From assembly GCA_964416315.1 (NCBI GenBank), contig CAYQDR010000001.1, positions 24,639-88,638 on the forward strand: DNA of 64,000 bases. Direction: 5' to 3'. Each line of letters starts with the position of its first letter. The first letter of the stretch is position 1. Below, one piece after another: positions 46,208 to 54,884 of the stretch. Below the pieces are notes generated by a model, which saw only the letters and a program-made list of their open reading frames with translations, did no database searches and was not told where the DNA came from. This DNA comes from an uncultured bacterium (GTDB taxonomy: Bacteria; Methylomirabilota; Methylomirabilia; Rokubacteriales; DASRDR01). The position numbers and the translations under genes were made by a program.

Positions 46208-48573
46208 TGGCCCCCAGGACGCCGCCCGAGATCGGAGGGATGGGGCACTCCATCAAGCGCAAGGAGGACGCGCGCTTCATCCGGGGGAAGGGGACGTACG
46301 TGGACGACGTCCAGCTCCCCGGGATGCTCTACCTCGACATCGTCCGGAGCCCCTTCGCCCACGCGAGGCTCAAGAAGATCGACGCCTCGAAGGCCCTGAC
46401 GATCCCCGGGGTGCTGGCCGTCATCACGGGTGAGGACCTGGCGAAGTACAACCTCCACTGGATGCCGACCCTGATGTCGGATACCCAGATGGTCCTGCCC
46501 GTGGAGAAGGTGATGTACCAGGCGCAGGAGGTCGCGGCCGTCCTCGCCACCGAGCGCTACATCGCGGCGGACGGGGTGGAGGCCGTGGAGGTCGAGTACG
46601 AGCCGCTCCCTGTCGTCGTGGACCCGCGGAAGGCACTCGAGCCCGGGGCGCCCGTCTTGAGGTCCGACAAGAAGGACCGGAAGGACAACCACATCTGGCA
46701 CTGGGAGTGGGGCGACCGGGCCGCCACCGACCGCGCCTTCCAGGAGGCGGGGGTGACGGTCAAGCAGGACATCTACCTCCCGCGGATCCACGTCGCCTCC
46801 ATCGAGACCTGCGGCTGCGTCGCCCACTTCGACAAGGTCAATGGCAAGCTGACGGTGTGGATGACCACGCAGGCGCCGCACGCGATCCGGACGGTCTTCG
46901 CGCTGGTCGCCGGGCACGTGGGCCTGGAGGAGCACAAGATCCGGATCATCTCGCCGGACATCGGCGGCGGCTTCGGCGGCAAGGTGCCGGTCTATCCCGG
47001 CTACGTCATCGCCGTGGCCGCGTCCGTCCTGACGGGTAAGCCGGTCAAGTGGATCGAGGACCGGATGGAGAACCTCCAGGCCGACTCCTTCGCGCGCGAC
47101 TACCACATCACGGCGGAGCTGGCGGCGACGAAGGAGGGGCGGCTCACGGCGTTGCGGATCAAGACGATCGCGGACCACGGGTACGCCGACGCGGCGGCCA
47201 ACCCCTCGAAGTTCCCCGCGGGCCTTTTCCACATCTGCACGGGCTCCTACGACTTCAAGGCCGCCCACGTCGAAGTGGACGGGGTGTACACGAACAAGCC
47301 CCCGGGCGGCATCGCCTATCGCTGCTCCTTCCGCGTGACGGAGGCCGTCCACACGATCGAGCGGATGGCGGACCTCATGGCCCACCAGCTCGGGATGGAT
47401 CCGGCGGAGTTCCGGCTGAAGAACTTCATCAAGCCGGAGCAGTTCCCGTATCGCTCGGCCCTCGGGTGGGAGTACGACAGCGGCAACTACGCCGCCGCCC
47501 TTCACAAGGCGATGGAGAAGATCGGCTACGCCGAGCTGCGGCGGGAGCAGGCGGAGAAGCGGAAGCGCGGGGAGCTGATGGGGATCGGCATCTCGAGCTT
47601 CACCGAGATCGTCGGAGCCGGTCCCTCGAAGCACTTCGACATCCTCGGCCTCAAGATGTTCGACAGCTGCGAGATGCGGATCCACCCGACGGGGAAGGCC
47701 ATCGCCCGCTTCGGGACGCGGTCGCAGGGGCAGGGGCACGAGACCACCTACGCCCAGATCCTCGCCGAGGAGCTGGGGATCCCCGCCGCCGACATCCAGG
47801 TCGAGGAGGGCGACACGGACACCGCCCCCTACGGGCTCGGGACCTACGCGAGCCGCTCCACGCCCGTCGCCGGCGCGGCCGCGGCCATGGCGGCCCGGAA
47901 GATCCGCGACAAGGCGCGGAAGATCGCCGCGCACCTGCTCGAGGCCGCCGAGGAGGACCTCGTCTGGGAGCCCGGGAAGTTCTCCGTGAAGGGCGCGCCG
48001 AGCCGCTCCAAGACGATCCAGGAGATCGCGTTCGCCGCCTACACGAACCATCCGCAGGGGATGGAGGCCGGACTCGAGGCGGTCTCGTATTACGACCCGC
48101 CGAACCTGACCTTCCCCTTCGGGAGCTACATCGCGGTGGTGGACATCGACACGGGCACCGGGGAGGTCAGGGTCCGGCGCTTCGTGGCGGTGGACGACTG
48201 CGGCAACATCATCAACCCGATGATCGTCGAGGGGCAGATCCACGGCGGGCTCACCATGGGGCTTGCCCCCGCGCTGTACGAGGAGATCTCGTACGACGAG
48301 TCGGGGAACATCCGGGGCGGGAGCTTCATGGACTATCTCCTTCCCACGGCGGTCGAGACGCCCCGCTGGGAGACCGACAAGACGTGCACCCCGTCCCCCC
48401 ACCACCCGCTCGGCGCCAAGGGCGTCGGCGAGTCCGCCACCGTCGGTGCCCCGGCGGCCATCGCGAACGCCGTCGTGGATGCCCTCTGGCACCTCGGCGT
48501 GCGCCACGTGGACATCCCGATCACCCCGGCGAAGGTGTGGAAGCTCCTCCGGGATCACGGGGTGACGGAGTAG
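46204..48573 (+). CDS. coxL: CO dehydrogenase large subunit, form I
   Basis: Active-site AYRCSFR at 47314-47334; coxMSL gene order. Confidence 0.92.
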   Translation: MMAPRTPPEIGGMGHSIKRKEDARFIRGKGTYVDDVQLPGMLYLDIVRSPFAHARLKKIDASKALTIPGVLAVITGEDLAKYNLHWMPTLMSDTQMVLPVEKVMYQAQEVAAVLATERYIAADGVEAVEVEYEPLPVVVDPRKALEPGAPVLRSDKKDRKDNHIWHWEWGDRAATDRAFQEAGVTVKQDIYLPRIHVASIETCGCVAHFDKVNGKLTVWMTTQAPHAIRTVFALVAGHVGLEEHKIRIISPDIGGGFGGKVPVYPGYVIAVAASVLTGKPVKWIEDRMENLQADSFARDYHITAELAATKEGRLTALRIKTIADHGYADAAANPSKFPAGLFHICTGSYDFKAAHVEVDGVYTNKPPGGIAYRCSFRVTEAVHTIERMADLMAHQLGMDPAEFRLKNFIKPEQFPYRSALGWEYDSGNYAAALHKAMEKIGYAELRREQAEKRKRGELMGIGISSFTEIVGAGPSKHFDILGLKMFDSCEMRIHPTGKAIARFGTRSQGQGHETTYAQILAEELGIPAADIQVEEGDTDTAPYGLGTYASRSTPVAGAAAAMAARKIRDKARKIAAHLLEAAEEDLVWEPGKFSVKGAPSRSKTIQEIAFAAYTNHPQGMEAGLEAVSYYDPPNLTFPFGSYIAVVDIDTGTGEVRVRRFVAVDDCGNIINPMIVEGQIHGGLTMGLAPALYEEISYDESGNIRGGSFMDYLLPTAVETPRWETDKTCTPSPHHPLGAKGVGESATVGAPAAIANAVVDALWHLGVRHVDIPITPAKVWKLLRDHGVTE

Positions 48574-48604
48574 GAAAACCTTCCGCCAGCGCAAGGAGGA
48601 GGCG

Positions 48605-48901
48605 ATGCTCTTCTCGGTACCGTTCTCCCACACGGCCGCAGAGTGCCCCGCGGCCCACAAGGAGCAGATGGACGGGATCACGCGCTTGCTGTCACCGGAA
48701 AGCCTCGGCCCGCGCGGAATCCGGCTCGTCGAAGGGTACGTCGACCGGCTCTGACTGCAGCCCACGGAGAAGGGTCACTTCTCCTATTTCGTCTTCGAGG
48801 CCGACGCCGAGCAGAAGATCCGCGACCTGTTTAAGCCCGCCCAGGTCGAGCTGCGGACGCTCGAGCGGTGGAGTGACATGATGAAGGCGGCGCCGAGGTA
48901 G
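48605..48901 (+). CDS. Putative 98-aa selenoprotein (UGA at codon 50), small alpha/beta protein of unknown function
   Basis: AAGGAGGAGG RBS; single in-frame TGA 48752-48754; frame continues to TAG 48899-48901 and fills the coxL-coxG gap; SECIS-like hairpin follows. Confidence 0.7.
48766..48784 (+). promoter_or_regulatory. Candidate bacterial SECIS element
   Basis: GGAGAAG-GGTCA-CTTCTCC, a perfect 7-bp stem starting 11 nt after the TGA. Confidence 0.65.
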
Positions 48902-48928
48902 CCGCGGGCCCGCCCGTGTGAGGCACCG

Positions 48929-49510
48929 ATGGCCGTGAAGATGGAGCAGAAGGTGTCGCTCGGCGCGCCGCCGGACCGCGTGTGGGCGTTCCTGACCGAC
49001 CCCTTCCAGGTGGCGAGCTGCCTGCCCGGCGCCGCGATCACCGAGCAGGTGGACGACCGCACCTACCGCGGCACGATCACGGTGAAGGTGGGTCCCATGA
49101 CCACGAGCTACAAGGGAACGATCCGGTTCGAGCGACTGGACCCCGGCGCCCGGGAGGCGGAGCTGGTGGGCCAGGGCCAGGACGTGCGGGGCAAGGGCGG
49201 CGCCGAGATGCGGATGCAGAGCCGCCTCCGGGCGGTGGAGGGAGGGACCGAGGTCACGGTCGTCTCGGAGGTGAGCATCACCGGGCTCCTCGCCCAGCTC
49301 GGTCGCGGCATGATCGAGGGTGTGGCGGATCAGATCTTCCAGGAGTTCGCCGCGGCGATGCGCCAGAAGCTGGGCGCGGGGCCCGCGGGCGGAGAGGCGG
49401 CGGCGGAGGCCAAGCCGCTGGATGCGCTCTCGCTCGGCACGAAAGCCGCCGGGCAGGCGGTGGGGCGCGCCGTGCGCCGCCTCCTCGGCCGCGAGGGCGA
49501 GCCGCCGTGA
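48929..49510 (+). CDS. coxG: CoxG / SRPBCC family protein
   Basis: VWAFLTDPFQVASCLPGA, VKVGP and LAQLGRGMI motifs. Confidence 0.85.
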   Translation: MAVKMEQKVSLGAPPDRVWAFLTDPFQVASCLPGAAITEQVDDRTYRGTITVKVGPMTTSYKGTIRFERLDPGAREAELVGQGQDVRGKGGAEMRMQSRLRAVEGGTEVTVVSEVSITGLLAQLGRGMIEGVADQIFQEFAAAMRQKLGAGPAGGEAAAEAKPLDALSLGTKAAGQAVGRAVRRLLGREGEPP

Positions 49511-50484
49511 CGCTCGACCTCCTGGCCCTCGGGCTGGAGCTCGCCCGACGGGGCGAGCCCTTCGCCCTGGCCACCGTGGTCCGGTGCGAGCGCCCGGCCT
49601 CGGCGCGGCCCGGCGCCCGGGCCCTGATCCGCGAGGACGGGACCGTGTCCGGCTGGATCGGCGGGAGCTGCGCCGAGCCGCTCGTCGTGAAGGAGGCGCT
49701 CGACGCGCTGCGCGACGGGGAGCCGCGGCTGATCGCCCTGGTCGGCGAGGGCGCCGGCGGTTCGGCGGGGCGGGAAGGGGTGCGGTGGCACGCCATGCCC
49801 TGCCACAGCGGGGGGACCCTCGAGATCTACGTCGAGCCGGTGCTCCCGAAGCCGCAGATCGTACTGGTCGGAAGCGGGCCGGTCGTGGAGACGCTGGCCC
49901 GGCTCGCGGCGGCGCTCGCCTACGCGGTGGTCGTCGTGGAGCGGGAGCCCGCGGGCAAACCGTTCCTCGCGGGGGAGACGGTCGTCGACGGCCTGGCGCG
50001 CGTGCCCGCCGCGCCCCGGAGCTTCGTCGTGGTGGCCACCCACGGGCGCTTCGACGAGGACGCGCTCGAGCAGGCGCTCCAGCGCGACGCGGCTTACGTG
50101 AGCCTGGTCGCCAGCCCTCGGCGCGCGGCGGCCGTGGTGGAGACGCTGCGCGCGCGCGGCGTCACGGAGGACCGGCTGCGGCGGCTCAAGTCGCCGGCCG
50201 GGCTCGACCTGGGCGCGGTGACGCCGGAGGAGATCGCCGTCAGTATCCTGGCGGAGATCGTCCGTGTGCGGCGGAGCGCGGAGCCCGGTCCCCGGTCCGA
50301 CGCGCCCCCGGCACCGTCCACGGTCCCCGAGGCTCGCGACCCGGTCTGCGGGATGACCGTGGAGGTCGCCCGGGCGCGCGCCACCTCGGAGGCCGGCGGC
50401 CGGTCGTTCTACTTCTGCTGCGCCGGCTGCAAAGAGCGATTCGACCGCGACCCGGCCGCCTACGCGCCGGGCCTCCAGGCCTGA
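49507..50484 (+). CDS. XdhC/CoxF family Moco-insertion protein fused to a C-terminal YHS domain
   Basis: GWIGGSC, PCHSGG, VVATHG and SPAGLDLGA...EIAVSILAE motifs; DPVCGM...YFCCAGC at the C-terminus. Confidence 0.85.
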   Translation: MTLDLLALGLELARRGEPFALATVVRCERPASARPGARALIREDGTVSGWIGGSCAEPLVVKEALDALRDGEPRLIALVGEGAGGSAGREGVRWHAMPCHSGGTLEIYVEPVLPKPQIVLVGSGPVVETLARLAAALAYAVVVVEREPAGKPFLAGETVVDGLARVPAAPRSFVVVATHGRFDEDALEQALQRDAAYVSLVASPRRAAAVVETLRARGVTEDRLRRLKSPAGLDLGAVTPEEIAVSILAEIVRVRRSAEPGPRSDAPPAPSTVPEARDPVCGMTVEVARARATSEAGGRSFYFCCAGCKERFDRDPAAYAPGLQA

Positions 50485-50496
50485 CGGCCAGGATCT

Positions 50497-50523
50497 CCCT
50501 CTCCCCAAGCGGGGGGGAGAGGG
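50497..50523. repeat. BoxC/REP-like palindrome (family A) between convergent genes
   Basis: CCCTCTCCCCAAGCGGGGGGGAGAGGG. Confidence 0.8.
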
Positions 50524-50526
50524 GGC

Positions 50527-52158
50527 TCAGCGCTGGTACTTGGTCGGGGTCCGCCGCGGCGTAAAGAAGCGCGGTCTGGGCATCCGGCCCACCGGCACCT
50601 CGACGAGGGCGGGGCGGTCGAGGCGGATCGCCTCGCGCACGAGGTCTCCGACCTCGGTCGGGTCCTTGGCACGGAGGCCCGGCACCCCGAACGCCTCCGC
50701 GAGCTTCAGGAAGTCCGGGTTGTAGAGCTCCGAGCCGATGCTCCCGCCCCACGCCTCGTCCAGGTCGCGGGCGACGTTGCCGTAGCTGTTGTCGTTGAAG
50801 ACGACCGCGACGACGTTGATCCCGTGCTGGACCGCCGTCGCGAGCTCCTGGGCGTTGTAGAGGAACCCGCCGTCCCCGCAGATCGCGACCACCGGCCGGC
50901 CGGGGCAGGCGACCTTCGCCCCGAGCGCCGTCGGGTAGGCGTACCCGAGGTTGCCGGAGTAGGACGAGGTGAGGTAGGTCCGCGGCTGGGAGACGGGCCA
51001 GCAGCGGTTCGCGTAGTAGCCGATCTGCGTCATGTCCGACACGACGATGGCCTCGTCGGGTGCCCCGGCCCGGAGGGACTTCAAGATCGACGCCTGGGGC
51101 TCCTGGTCGAGGCTCGCCGCGATCTCCGCCCGGAGCACCTCCAGCTCCGCCTTCCGCGACGGCCGTGGCGGCGCCGCGGCGCGCAGCCGCTCGACGAGGC
51201 GCTCCAGCGTCGCACGCGCGTCGCCGACCAGGCCGAAGGTGTTCCGGTGGTTCCGCCCGATCTCGTCGGGGTCCACGTCGATCTGGACGACCCGCTGCTC
51301 GGGCTTGAGCGCGGCGATCGCGAGCCGCGTGCCGACGGCGAGGACGGTGTCCGCGGCGCCCACGTGCGCCCGGAGCGGCCCCTCGTGCCAGAGGGCTGCG
51401 CCCAGGGAGAGGTAGCTCGCGTCGCTCACGGCGCCCTTGCCCTCCTGCGTCTGTACCACGCCGGCCTGGAGGTGCTCGGCGGCCGCGGCGAGCGGTTCGT
51501 GGGCGCCCGAGGCGTGGACGCCGCCACCGGCGTAGATCAGCGGGTGGCGCGCCACGGCGAGGAGCCGCGCCGCCTCGTCCACGCGTGTCGGGTCCGCGGC
51601 GGACCGGACCACCGACACCGGGGGAAGCAGCTCGACCTCGCCCTCCTCCTCCATCGTGTCGGGCGGCAGCTCCAGCTCGACCGGGCGCGGCCGGCCGGTC
51701 CTGAGCTGGCGGACCGCCTCCTGAACGGCGGCCGGGACCTCCGCGACCTCGAGCACGCGCTTCCGCCACTTCGTGACGGGCGCGATCGCGTCGAGCTGGT
51801 CGTCCACCTCGTGGAGGACCCCGACCTTCTTCCCGAGGTACCGCTTCGGGACCTGGCCGGAGATCATGAGGACGGGAGAGGAGGCCGAGTACGCGGTCGC
51901 GAGCCCGGAGGAGGCGTTGAGGAGCCCGGGTCCGGGGACGACCAGCGCGGTCCCGATCCCGCCTCCCGCCCGGGCGTAGCCGTCGGCCATGTAGCTCGTC
52001 GCCTGCTCGTGCCGGGTGACGATGAAGCGGATCCCCGGCTCCTCGCGCAGCGCCGCCAACACCCCGTAGAGCTGGACGCCGGGCAGGCCGAAGACGGCCC
52101 GCACGCCTTCGCGGGCGAGCTGCCGCACGAGCGCCTCGCCCCCGGTCATCCGCACCAT
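50527..52158 (-). CDS. Thiamine-pyrophosphate-binding protein (ALS-like)
   Basis: VFGLPG, RHEQ, VVPGPG and GDGGFLYN...FNDN motifs. Confidence 0.9.
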   Translation of the reverse strand: MVRMTGGEALVRQLAREGVRAVFGLPGVQLYGVLAALREEPGIRFIVTRHEQATSYMADGYARAGGGIGTALVVPGPGLLNASSGLATAYSASSPVLMISGQVPKRYLGKKVGVLHEVDDQLDAIAPVTKWRKRVLEVAEVPAAVQEAVRQLRTGRPRPVELELPPDTMEEEGEVELLPPVSVVRSAADPTRVDEAARLLAVARHPLIYAGGGVHASGAHEPLAAAAEHLQAGVVQTQEGKGAVSDASYLSLGAALWHEGPLRAHVGAADTVLAVGTRLAIAALKPEQRVVQIDVDPDEIGRNHRNTFGLVGDARATLERLVERLRAAAPPRPSRKAELEVLRAEIAASLDQEPQASILKSLRAGAPDEAIVVSDMTQIGYYANRCWPVSQPRTYLTSSYSGNLGYAYPTALGAKVACPGRPVVAICGDGGFLYNAQELATAVQHGINVVAVVFNDNSYGNVARDLDEAWGGSIGSELYNPDFLKLAEAFGVPGLRAKDPTEVGDLVREAIRLDRPALVEVPVGRMPRPRFFTPRRTPTKYQR

Positions 52159-52227
52159 ACGCTGCTCCTTTCGGGACTCTGCGGGCCCCGATGCAGCATA
52201 CTAGAATCGGTCGAGAGGGCAAGTCGC

Positions 52228-53289
52228 ATGAAGCTCAGCCGCCGGAGCCTCCTGACGCTGGCCGGCCTCGCCGCGCTCGGCGTGACCGTGCCGGCGTGCC
52301 GCCAGATGCTCTGGCAGATCCTCTTCTCGCCCGACGCAAGCCCCGTCCCACCGCCGCCCGCCGCCGGCAACCCGTTCCGCGCCGGAGAGCGGAGCCTCGT
52401 CGCGCTCGTCCACGGCGGCGACCCGGCGAGCATGGTGCGCCGCGCGCTCGAGCTCCTCGGCGGCCTCGAGCGGCTCGACCTCCGGGGCCAGCCCGTGCTG
52501 GTCAAGCCGAACGCGGTCTCGGGCGAGGGGCCGCCCGCGACCACCGACCCCCGCGTCGTCCGCGCGGTGCTCGACCTCGCCCGCGAGGCCGGCGCCGCGT
52601 CGCTCGCCGTCGGCGACATGTCGGCCGTGCTCGCGCTTCCGACGCGGCCCAACCTCGAGCGCACCGGGCTGGCGCGGGTGGCCGAGGAGGCCGGCGCCGC
52701 GCTGCACGCCTTCGAGGAGGGCGACTGGGTCGAGGTGCGTCCCCCGAAAGCCGAGCTGGCGACGGCGGTGTACGTGGCGAAGGCCGCTTACGAGGCGCCG
52801 CGCTTGATCAGCGTCCCCGTGATCAAGACGCACCGGAGCGCCACCTTCAGCTGCGCTCTGAAGAACACGGTCGGTTGCGTCCACGGGAAGAACAAGCCGT
52901 GGGCCTACGGCGGCGCGGGCTGGGAGCCGTCCGTCGCCGAGCTGAACCTGGCCGTCCGCCCGTACCTCTACGTGGTGGACGGCCTCCGAAGCATGGTCGC
53001 GGGCGGCCCGTGGTCCGGGGAGGCGGCGGCGACGGACCTCGTCCTCGCGAGCGGGGACCCGGTGGCGCTGGACGCGGTGGCGCTTGGGCTCTTGAGGCAC
53101 CTCGGCCGCTCGGAGCTGGTCCTCGCCAAGCCCGTCTGGGAGCAGGGCCAGCTCCGTCGCGCCGTCCAGCTCGGCCTCGGCGCTCGCGGGCCGGCCGAGG
53201 TCGAGCTGGTCGCCGAGCACCTCGGCCGCGACGCGGCGGGGTTCCGTCGCCTCGTGGACGGCATCCGCCGCGAGGCCGGCCTCACCTGA
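52228..53289 (+). CDS. DUF362 domain protein with Tat-like signal
   Basis: SRRSLL; VLVKPN, PVIKTH and LKNTVG motifs. Confidence 0.8.
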   Translation: MKLSRRSLLTLAGLAALGVTVPACRQMLWQILFSPDASPVPPPPAAGNPFRAGERSLVALVHGGDPASMVRRALELLGGLERLDLRGQPVLVKPNAVSGEGPPATTDPRVVRAVLDLAREAGAASLAVGDMSAVLALPTRPNLERTGLARVAEEAGAALHAFEEGDWVEVRPPKAELATAVYVAKAAYEAPRLISVPVIKTHRSATFSCALKNTVGCVHGKNKPWAYGGAGWEPSVAELNLAVRPYLYVVDGLRSMVAGGPWSGEAAATDLVLASGDPVALDAVALGLLRHLGRSELVLAKPVWEQGQLRRAVQLGLGARGPAEVELVAEHLGRDAAGFRRLVDGIRREAGLT

Positions 53290-53343
53290 CGCTTCCCCGC
53301 GCTGCGCGGGTTTCCGTGCTCGGGCTCTTACTCCGTGAAGGAA

Positions 53344-53556
53344 CGATACAGCGTGCACGATGACGATACCGATTCGAAACGCCGAGATGGGCTGCTGGAA
53401 CTCGATGCCGCGATCCATTGTGATGAAGACATCGTAGTGGCCACTCATGCGGTGCAGGAGCTCGCTGTTCCTGATGCCAGCCCACCCGCGGCCGATCACG
53501 GTGTCGACATCGTGGCCGGCGAGTTCTCGGGCGAGGTCTACGGGTAGGTGCTCGTC
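53344..53556 (-). pseudogene. Internal fragment of a DUF5615 PIN-like toxin
   Basis: DEHLPVDLARELAGHDVDTV...GWAGIRNSELL...VFITMDRGIEFQQ; lacks start and C-terminus. Confidence 0.7.
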
Positions 53557-53557
53557 G

Positions 53558-53719
53558 TCAGTTCGAGCACCACACGACCACCTCGACCGGACCGTCGGGG
53601 CCGTGCCACGTGGCGCGGGGGAAGCCCCCGCAGTGCCGCTCGAGGTCGGCGAAGACGCGGTAGCGGCCCTCGCGCTTCAGGCGGCCGATGGCGTCCGCGA
53701 AGACCTGGTCGTACTCCAT
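53558..53719 (-). pseudogene. hemA: N-terminal stub of 5-aminolevulinate synthase (ALAS)
   Basis: MEYDQVFADAIGRLKREGRYRVFADLER...VVVWCSN then stop where DYLGM is expected; AAAGGA RBS. Confidence 0.75.
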
Positions 53720-53858
53720 GGTGGGTTCCTTTCGCCCCGTCGGGGTCGGCTCGCCGCGGGTCCGCGTGGCGGGGATCGAAGAGGCCCTTGCTGGCGAGTG
53801 TAGCAAACTTCGCGTCGGCCGTCCCGCCGCGCGCGCTCCGCGACCTCGAGCCCGCGCG

Positions 53859-54833
53859 TCAGCCTCGGGCGGGCTCCAGGTACCGGGTCGGGATCTCGGC
53901 GCCCGCCGCGAAGCTCAGCTTTCCGAGCCGGCACATCTGGTAGACGTTGACGCGGAAGTCGGGGCAGGTGCTCACCAGGCAGTAGGCGTCGGTCGGCGTG
54001 AAGCCGTAGTCGGTGACCAGCCAGTCCATCAGGTTGACGGTGGCCGTTTCCACCGCGACCTCGAGCGGCCGGTAGGCGAAGACCGAGACGATCGACGCCG
54101 GCTTCTCGATGCGCATCCAGGGGATCCGCGTGCCCTTGCGGAGGTCGAGCCGGAGCCGCACCGTCGCCGTCGTCTCGGCCGCGGTGCCGGTGAACTCGGT
54201 GTCACCCTGGCTCGCGTGGACGTCTCCGAGGTAGAAGAGCGCCCCGGGGTGGAAGATCGGGAGCCAGATGCGGTGTCCGGGGGCCACGTCGCGGATGTCG
54301 AGGTTCCCGCCCCACTCCCCCTGGCCGTCGAGGCTCGTCGTCACCTCGCGGTCGGGCGCCACGCCGAGGCACCCGATGAACGGGGTGATCGGCCACGACA
54401 GACGCGCGTCGAAGTGGAGCGTGCCGTCGCGGGTCGTGCCGCTCGGCCCGTGAGTGTGACGGAAGATCCGGGTCGTATAGTGGTGGGACAGCTCCGGCCA
54501 GCGCGTCGAGCCACCGAGGGGACCGCGCCCCGGGCCGATGGCGATCCAGGAGTAGTCGCCGACCACGATCTCCTCGATCGTCACGAGCAGCGCGTCGCCG
54601 CGCTCGGCGCCCTCCAGCCACACCGGGCCCGCGATCGGGTTGGCCAGCGGCGGCACCCGATCGAATCCCGGGCGCCGGGCGGGGATGGCGAGGTCCTCGG
54701 ACGATGTGAAGTACCCGGTGCTCGCATCCCAGGTCTCGACCTCGAATGGCTCGCCGGGCTGGACGCGGAGCAGCGGCGCGTCGCGCCAGTCGAAGGCATA
54801 CTTGCGGGCGTCTTCGCGGACAATGCGCTGCAC
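53859..54833 (-). CDS. Acetamidase/formamidase family protein
   Basis: NPIAGPVWLEGAERGD, WGGNLDI and GDVHASQGDTE motifs. Confidence 0.9.
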   Translation of the reverse strand: MQRIVREDARKYAFDWRDAPLLRVQPGEPFEVETWDASTGYFTSSEDLAIPARRPGFDRVPPLANPIAGPVWLEGAERGDALLVTIEEIVVGDYSWIAIGPGRGPLGGSTRWPELSHHYTTRIFRHTHGPSGTTRDGTLHFDARLSWPITPFIGCLGVAPDREVTTSLDGQGEWGGNLDIRDVAPGHRIWLPIFHPGALFYLGDVHASQGDTEFTGTAAETTATVRLRLDLRKGTRIPWMRIEKPASIVSVFAYRPLEVAVETATVNLMDWLVTDYGFTPTDAYCLVSTCPDFRVNVYQMCRLGKLSFAAGAEIPTRYLEPARG

Positions 54834-54843
54834 GGCTCACCTC

Positions 54844-54884
54844 CCCCTCATCCTCTCCTTCTCCCCCGCCTGGGGGAGGGAGGA
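54844..54884. repeat. BoxC/REP-like palindrome (family A), degenerate
   Basis: CCCCTCATCCTCTCCTTCTCCCCCGCCTGGGGGAGGGAGGA. Confidence 0.7.

Noticed and set aside
46204-48901. Link to the early report of S-selanylcysteine in CODH
   Set aside because: That assignment was later revised to copper; it is not evidence for the candidate selenoprotein
4966-54884. CRISPR array or tRNA/rRNA among the palindromic repeats
   Set aside because: Repeats are dispersed, not regularly spaced with unique spacers; no cas genes; no cloverleaf or rRNA signature recognised
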